64,000 bases of DNA, taken from the NCBI GenBank assembly GCA_949358305.1, contig OX442314.1:32364001-32428000 (forward strand). The letters run 5' to 3'. Positions 56,916-64,000 of this stretch are shown here, piece after piece (position 1 is the first letter of the stretch; each line of letters begins with the position of its first letter). Both the position numbers and the translations under genes were made by a program. This DNA is from Strigamia acuminata. Taxonomy: Eukaryota. Below the pieces are notes generated by a model. It saw only the letters and a list, made by a program, of their open reading frames with translations, ran no database searches and was not told the origin of the DNA.

Positions 56916-57125
56916 TTGAACGACTAATCCAAATGGAAAAGAAAAACGAAAATTAATTTATTAGTTTTTCCTTGGAAAATTCCAAAGAAAAAACTACTTA
57001 CAATTGAAGAATCCCGTTGAAATAATCCAGTTGTTTCGCTTTTGGTTTTTTGGAGATGAGCACTTAGCACACGTGTGAGATCGAAGTGAACTCAGACGCG
57101 AAGTGATCCGTTCAAATACCGGAAG

Positions 57126-60100
57126 TTACGTTTGGGTAACGTCGTTGTTAGCGACGTCATCCAATCTTATCGTTTGATTGGTTTGCGTATGGCTTGGGGA
57201 ATTGCTCCTTACGTCATACGGCTGATCCTTGGATCTCGAGGTTATCGAGGGGAGAAGACACATGTTGTTTTTTCCTCTCGGTTTACGAGTCCGAAGATTA
57301 TATCTCTTTGTCGGCGAGGGATTTATTGTATTTAAATCGCCGTCTTCATTGTCATCGGAGACTGAGTCAGATGAGTCTTTTATTTCAGATGTTTTTTGTT
57401 TCTTTTCTAAAAACACCTTTTTATTTAATTTTTTAGCAATTTCAAGCTTTTTGAAACTGTCACGAAGTTCAACGTCGTTATTCACGAGGTCTGACTCCAT
57501 TTGTGGTTTGGATGAATTATCGACAGGTATTTTCTTTAATTCATCGTCATCTAACGTATTAATTATATTTTCAGTCTTTTGACCGACTTCTTCGCCTTCT
57601 AACCATACTTCCTGATCGAAACTCGGGAAATACGGAGTTAATTCCGACGAATGGACAGCTGGAAATATTTCGTTATTCTCTAGCTTTCTCAATTCTACGG
57701 ATCCTCCCTGTAATACTTTGGTTATTACATAAGGTCCTGTTCTTTTATCAGCGATGCCAGCTGCAATGCCGCGGGCAGCGCTCGACAAAACATGAGAATC
57801 TCTCCAAACTAAATCGTTTAATTTAAAATTGGAGAACTTCGCACCTTCTTTTTTAAGATTAACTCGTCTACGCAAATCTAACACGTGTGACATCATGTGT
57901 TGATATGTTTCGGCGATAACGGCTTCTAATTTTTGCACGTATAAATGTGGGTTTTTTGGATCTACGACCAAAATTCCTTCAGGTATTCTTGGATCCCAAG
58001 GTACTCTGAGTTTGCGAAAAAAGTTAAGAAATGCGGGAGAGAAGTCTCTTCCTCTCGTCACCGTAGTTCTCAAACTAAATGCAAATTCACGCAAATATTC
58101 GTCCCATTTGGAATGAACAGATGAATAAATTGCAACCAAATATTTGATGTCACGGTTAACCCTTTCAACCGGGTTAGCTTGTGGGTGTTGGAACCATCTT
58201 GAACTTTTCACAAAATTTTTTAAAGACTTGGGCACGAAATTGCGGGCCGTTGTCAGAAATAATTTTGCGAGGAAATCCCATGCTCATGGAAAGGTGATAA
58301 ATGCAATTTGCTACTTTTCCTGCAGTGGGGTTACACATTGGATATAATTCTGGCCAATGAGTCGCCACGTCAAGTATGACTAAAATGTGTGTGTTGTTTT
58401 TTTGTGTCCGAGGTTTCGGGCCAGTTAAATCAACACTTAGGCAGTCAAATGGGCTGTAAGGACCCATTTGCGCTGCTTCAATTTGTCCTTTCGTTCGAGG
58501 CTTGCAAGCTTGACAACGCTCGCAATGTCGAATGAATCTCGTGATGTCAGATTTCATGCCTTTCCAGGTATAAATTCGGCGTGCTCGATAAAGAGTCCTT
58601 GCAATTCCTGGGTGGCCAGAAAGTGGGTGGCCATGCATCAGCCAAATAATTTTATACTTCAATGTCTGAGGTACAAAAACTTTGAGTGCTCTCCCATCCT
58701 CCCCCAATTCATCAGACATTGTGGGATGAAATTGCATTAATAAGTCATCTTCAATTAAGAAGGTGGTTGCGTGTTTTCTATATTGTTTCCTCTGGAGTCG
58801 CGTTGTGACGTCAGGCGGAAATTGATTACAATTTAAAAAATTACGCATTAATTGGCAAACTTTATCTTCTTTTTGGGCCTTGATTATGTCTTCCCTTGTG
58901 GGGGGTTCACAATCAAGACGCTCTATAATTTTGGCGACAAATGCTTTTATTAAAACATTTGACGAAGGAATTTGAAATTTCCTTGAAATTTGCGCTCTTA
59001 TGACATCATCTGATTCTTCAGAGGGGTCATAAATTTTAGTCCAATAGTTGACGAATTCGTGATCTTCCTTTTCCTCTAATGTGGAGACAGGAAGCTCATG
59101 GAATTTTCCCATTTTCCAATTTCGTTGTGGTGATGGACAATAAGATAATAATTCGTCATTATCTCCATCATCTTCAGGATTTTCCGGTTTATCAATCGGT
59201 GATCTGGATAAAGCATCCGCTAAAACATTTAGTGGACCTTTAATATATTGTATTTCGAAAGAGTAGCGCATCAGCTCCATTTGCCAACGCGCTAGCCTTC
59301 CGGCAGGTTCGTCTAACTGCATCAACCATTTTAGTGCTTGATGGTCAGTCCTAACTATGAATGTGGTAAATTCCAAATAATGTCGGAATTTACATAATGC
59401 CCAGATTACCGCAAGGCATTCTAATTCTGTGGCGCTGTAATTTATCTCAGCAGGTTGCAAACTTCTGCTGGCATAAACACAAGGCACTTCAATATTTTGA
59501 TCATCGATTTCCCTCATTTGCATAAGCGCGGCGCCTAGTCCTTTTCTGCTGGCGTCGGTATGCACAATAAATGGTTCTGTCAAATCAGGCATGGCCATTG
59601 TTTCTGCATTCGTTAGAGCATCTTTTATTTGATCAAAAGCTTCTTGATGAATTTCTGACCAAATAAATTCCACATCCTTTTTGAGTAAAGGACGTAGAGG
59701 TTCCGTCATGACTGCTAGATTCTTGAGTAATCGGTGAAAAAAGTTCACCATTCCCAAAAATCTTTGCAACTCTTTCAAATTTGAAGGAGCTGGCATTTCT
59801 TTAATGGCGGCGACTTTTTTAGGGTCGACACTAACTCCTTGAACACTTAACTTGTAACCAAGGAAAGTTAATTCTTTTCTGCCAAATTTCGATTTTTCTG
59901 GATGAACATGAAGATTTGCATTTTCAAGTTTACCTAGAATTTCTTCCAGATGCATCATGTGTTCTTCAAAATTTTTTGATATTATAATTATATCATCGAG
60001 GTATGCCCATGCGAATTTTCGATAGGCGTCCCCCAAAATCTTTTCTATCAACTTTTGAAAAGTTGACGGCGCATTTACGAGATCAAAGGGCATGACTCGA

Positions 60101-61587
60101 AATTGTAGTCGACCCAAAGGGCTCCAAAACGCAGTTTTAGCACGGTCGTTCGGATGAACCTCTATCTGCCAATAGCCTTTTGACAAATCTATCGTTGTGA
60201 CCCATTCAAATCTTCCGAGTTCTCGCAAGATTTCCTCAATGCTGGGCATTTGAGGAGGGTCGTATAATGTATGTGCATTGAGTGGTCTAAAATCAATGCA
60301 GAGTCTCGGATCACAATCCGGACGCATCACTAGAACTATTCGCATTCCATAGTCTCCAGTGGCTTGCTCAACATACCCATTATCCAACATATCTTGACAG
60401 ATTTGACGGATAATTTCACGTTTTTGTGGATTTACGCTTTTAAACGGAACTCTAATAGGAACTTTAGTGTCCAGTTTAATTTCATGTCTAACGAGGTGTG
60501 TTCTACCTGGTCGGCGTGATAAAATCTTTTCATGTTTCTTTAATACTCTTTCAAGCATTAAATTATTTTCCATCGACAAATTAGCGTCGCTAACAAGTCT
60601 TTGTACTACATTTTCTTCATCGGCAACTTTAGCTTGACATGCAGTGGCGGAACCAGCTTTCATGTGATTTGCTTTAATAAAGTCGCGTTTCATTACTTCT
60701 TCGGGTGGATCAAGGAACTCTTGATAACGATCAAGAATCGCTTGAGGAACAAAAGGTAAATCTTCTTTCAAAGTCTTAACAAAATTCCAAGACATGGTCT
60801 TAGGATTTGGTTGAATATTGAGTCCATTCATGAAATCACATCCTAATAAAATAATAGGATATTTATTTCTTAAAATTATGAATGGATGACTTAACATCCC
60901 GTGTGTCCACGCAAAAGAAAGTAGGAGAGTTCCTTCGGGGACTACATCTTCTGAAGCAGTCGTAACTCTCACATCCGGTCCAATTGGTCGAATTTCATCT
61001 TCCAGTTTCAGCGAAATTACTACGGAGTAGGCCATGAAGCTTCGATTAGCTCCAGAGTCTAACATCCCTGTTATCATACCGTTTGCCGTCTGCAATCGAA
61101 TCGTCGGCAAATCATTGCTGTTTGGTATGTCCGCGTACTTGCACTTAAAACGTCGCGGTGGCTTAATTTCTATCGGCGAATCCAATGGTAATTCGTCCAA
61201 TAAATCATTAGTGACTAGCGTTGTAGCCATTAATTTTTCAATACAATCGTCAAGACCAGGTAAATCAATTTTATCTGACCTTTCAACAATTTCAGGTGTT
61301 GGCCTAGCTTTTCCATCTAGCAAAGTAACAGCATCTTTTATTTTAGATTCCCAATCAACTTTTAATTGTTGAACTTTTTCTTTAAAAAATTCTTCAGTGA
61401 TGTTTTCATTTTGCAGCACAAGCCTTAAACTGGAAACATCAATTTTTGGAAATATTAAATTATTTTCGATTTCTAATTTAATCTGAGTATTCAAAAATTC
61501 ATCTAAAATTTGAGATGGTGTTAGTTCATTTTCCGAGGCGGTAGGCGTCGCATCCACTAGACCGTCTGGATGCGCGCTTACAAGATT
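57126..61587 (-). pseudogene. pol: Gypsy pol (protease, RT, RNase H, integrase) with a frameshift in integrase
   Basis: LDSGA, YLDD, TDAS..E..TDH, H-H-C-C, DLTGP, SDNGPQF; HPQANPVER and GPY lie in another frame from about 58200. Confidence 0.92.
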
Positions 61588-62714
61588 TTAGAAGTTCGCC
61601 GATTGATTTCATCGATTTCTCGAACTCTTCTATAATCTTGTCTTTGCTCGATTTCCTTTCAGGACATTCTTTAGCCCAATGTCCCAATTTTTTGCAGATG
61701 TTACACGGGTCAGTAGCAGGTGATTTCGCGACTTTTGGCGAAGGCGAACTTGAACGTTTGGCTTCGTCCTTTTTAGGGGTCGGTGACTTCGATCTACTGA
61801 GCGCGTCCGTCTTTGGTGAACCAAAAGTAACGTTTTTAGGCGCCATCTTTGGTCCAAATTTTCTTGCTACTGCGTTATTACGGGCTAATAATGCAGCTGC
61901 CGCTTCACTTTCTGGCTCCGAGTCAGATTTTTCTGGTTCAGAAGCAGTTTCCATTTCGGTCACTTCAGCTAAGTGAGCTTTAGGGGTTGGATGAGGATTT
62001 TTTCCATCCGATCCCTTTTTCGATTCCTTGGCAGTCTCTGCAAAAAAATCTCCTCGTTTTGGGGGTTGCAAAAGAGGGGTATTAGCAAAACGTATATCTT
62101 TTGCCAACTCCTTTCTCCGTTGCTGTCGCTTAGCGTACGCAACTTTTTCATCAGCTGGTAAGTAAGCTTTGTAATTTTCGTCAATCCTTATCTGATTGGC
62201 TCGCATAAATTTGGCTAATTCCGCGAAACCACCCGGATAAGGTGCTCGTACAGAAAGTAGAACATTTTTTGAATAATCGGTCAATCCACGACGGAATTAA
62301 CGATCAATGGCTGCGTCTCCCATCGTATAAGGGAGAGTTACCAATAAATCTTCAGTCCTTCTTAAATAAGAGCGAAGACTTTCGCCTTTATTTTGAGAAA
62401 GATTATCCCACATTTGTAATAAGTCTTCACTTGACTCTCCATACTCAGTCATGAATTCTTCTACAAAGTAATTCCAATTTTGAAATTGTTTAGAATAAAA
62501 CCATTTCTCAGCTCGATCTATAAGAGCTTTTGGTACTACTCTTTTCAAAGCAGTGTGACATGCAATGCCATTCAACCTTGAAATTCGTAAAACTTCATCT
62601 AAAAGAGTGGATCCAGCTTCCCATTCTCCATCGAATAAAGCGGGTTTAATGTGATCCCATCTAATAGTTCTTTCATCAACTAGATCGTGAGTCCAGTTGT
62701 TGGCAGTGTATTGT
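61526..62714 (-). pseudogene. gag: Gypsy gag, interrupted
   Basis: Capsid-like A.KWF...W..F...F and Q..GES...Y; CNICKKLGHWAKEC knuckle; in-frame TAA at 62299-62297; cut at 62714. Confidence 0.85.
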
Positions 62715-64000
62715 TGTGAGGTCATACGTTGACCTCACGTTGCGCGCGACCTGGCGCCGAGGCGAACACCTGCCACGCGGCGCACCTGTCGGTGTTGATT
62801 GATGACGTCGGGACGGGACAGCCAATGGAAGACCTCGTTTTATTTTTATTTTCGGAAAATCGATTTGTTTACCTCTGAATTTGTAAAAGCCGAATAAAGT
62901 TAGTTTTTGTGCACATTTTGAACCTAGACAGTCGCAAATTCCTTGTCGCTTGCTCTCTCATCGCTGACATGGCGCAGTCGACAGCTTAGGACCCGGCGGA
63001 CGCGTGAACGTCGTCGCTGCGTGAGAGAGCTCGTTGGATTTTCGTTGGATTTTCGAGCCGCAACCGAAAATACGAAAATTGCCGTGCGTGGGCGTGAGGA
63101 AGGAAAACTCGGGACATAAAATGGCGGATATGAAAGGTGTGTTAACTTCGATTTGCGAGCCGGTTTTGGACCTTTTAACATGCGAAAACATTCGCGACGA
63201 GTGTTTGTTACGGGGAATCGACGTAACCAACTGCAAAAAGAAGAGCGAATTTTTGGCCACAATCTTGGCGGACAATGTGGCAAAAGATACAGCCAAGGTC
63301 AACCCCGGGTCAACCCAGTCGGCCATTGTGGCGACTGCGGCGGGACTCGCCGGACAGATCAAAGTGCAGCACGAGGTGGACACGACGAAGGGAGTGCCCG
63401 TGTTTAAGGGAAAACGTGACGAGAACGTTGAACATTTCATCGAGTGCGTCGAGCGTGCGGCCACGTTGGGAAAATGGACCGAGCACGCAAAAATTGCGGT
63501 GGCAAACGGACAATTGAAGGAGGAAGCTCTGTATTGGTATGACATTTTTGGGAAAAAACTCGTTTTGTGGTCGGAGTGGGTGGCGTCAATTAGGGACTAT
63601 TTTTTGGACGTCGACACCTATGACAGGTGGAGGCAGCGAATCGCCGCAAGAAAGCAGCTGGAGAACGAGTCCCTCGCCACATATTTTGCCGCAAAAATCG
63701 CGTTGATCGAGACAACAAGGAAGGCGTTCAGTTTCTCGAAGGACGACACGATAAATGTCACAATAGAGGGAGTTCGCGATTTGCACACTCGTGATTTATT
63801 TCGCATGTCAAAATTTGATTCTTTTATCGAATTAATTAGGAAGGGACGCGAGATTGACCGGAACAGAGAGGCCATCGAGTCACCACCGAGGACGACACCA
63901 AAAGAGACCGCGAAGCCAAATATCGAGGCCCGGACAAGGACACCACGCGATGAAACGTCATATAAAAAGGGCATGGACATGTCAAAAATGCAATGTTGGC
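62715..64000 (+). mobile_element. Second Gypsy (5' LTR, PBS, gag start) nested in opposite orientation in the first element's gag
   Basis: TG..CA LTR 62715-62969 with AATAAA; PBS TGGCGCAGTCGACAG 62970-62984. Confidence 0.85.
63121..64000 (+). CDS. gag: Gypsy Gag, open to the window end (not in the ORF track)
   Basis: MADMK...VPVFKGKRDENVEHFIECVE...LKEEALYWY...RKQLENESLATYF..., ending MQCW (likely start of a zinc knuckle). Confidence 0.88.
   Translation, partial: MADMKGVLTSICEPVLDLLTCENIRDECLLRGIDVTNCKKKSEFLATILADNVAKDTAKVNPGSTQSAIVATAAGLAGQIKVQHEVDTTKGVPVFKGKRDENVEHFIECVERAATLGKWTEHAKIAVANGQLKEEALYWYDIFGKKLVLWSEWVASIRDYFLDVDTYDRWRQRIAARKQLENESLATYFAAKIALIETTRKAFSFSKDDTINVTIEGVRDLHTRDLFRMSKFDSFIELIRKGREIDRNREAIESPPRTTPKETAKPNIEARTRTPRDETSYKKGMDMSKMQCW

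Larger units (their letters stand above)
52834..62714 (-). mobile_element. Ty3/Gypsy LTR retrotransposon, degenerate, with a downstream accessory gene; 5' part displaced beyond the window by a nested insertion
   Basis: Order gag-PR-RT-RH-IN, extra gene, PPT (53906-53919), 3' LTR; junction at 52833 matches the empty site at 21167. Confidence 0.93.

Noticed and set aside
62715..62725. ATG at 62725 as the start of the minus-strand gag
   Set aside because: It lies inside the nested element's LTR, so the ORF start is chimeric

Overview
AT-rich invertebrate genomic DNA with short spliceosomal introns and many transposons. An arthropod host is likely by inference, because Copia-MBD elements are known from centipede and spiders. 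Host genes: the 3' half of an ABCC/SUR-like transporter whose NBD2 motifs are all degenerate (2.5-6.6 kb), two tandem CYP3-clan P450 genes (7.0-16.3 kb), and a divergent ionotropic receptor (21.9-31.7 kb). The receptor's introns carry a mini LTR element and an intact Copia with a methyl-CpG-binding domain. A duplicated block (about 16.4-21.2 kb versus 32.2-52.8 kb) supplies empty sites for several insertions. A complete 15.5-kb Polinton/Maverick (36203-51737, ~436-bp TIRs, GATTCT TSD) has all core genes plus PC4, AlkB, DEDD-like and BIR accessory genes. The right end holds a degenerate minus-strand Gypsy with a second Gypsy nested in its gag. Best novelty candidates: (1) the Gypsy LTR has five covarying hairpins, each with a U-Y bulge followed by GAG..CUC as in lentiviral TAR, and the element also encodes a spliced, non-env, Arg/Ser-rich accessory protein; (2) the Polinton AlkB/nuclease/IAP cassette lies behind three tandem p53-consensus sites, one of them a perfect 20/20 match. 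All calls are from manual reading; no searches or folding programs were run.
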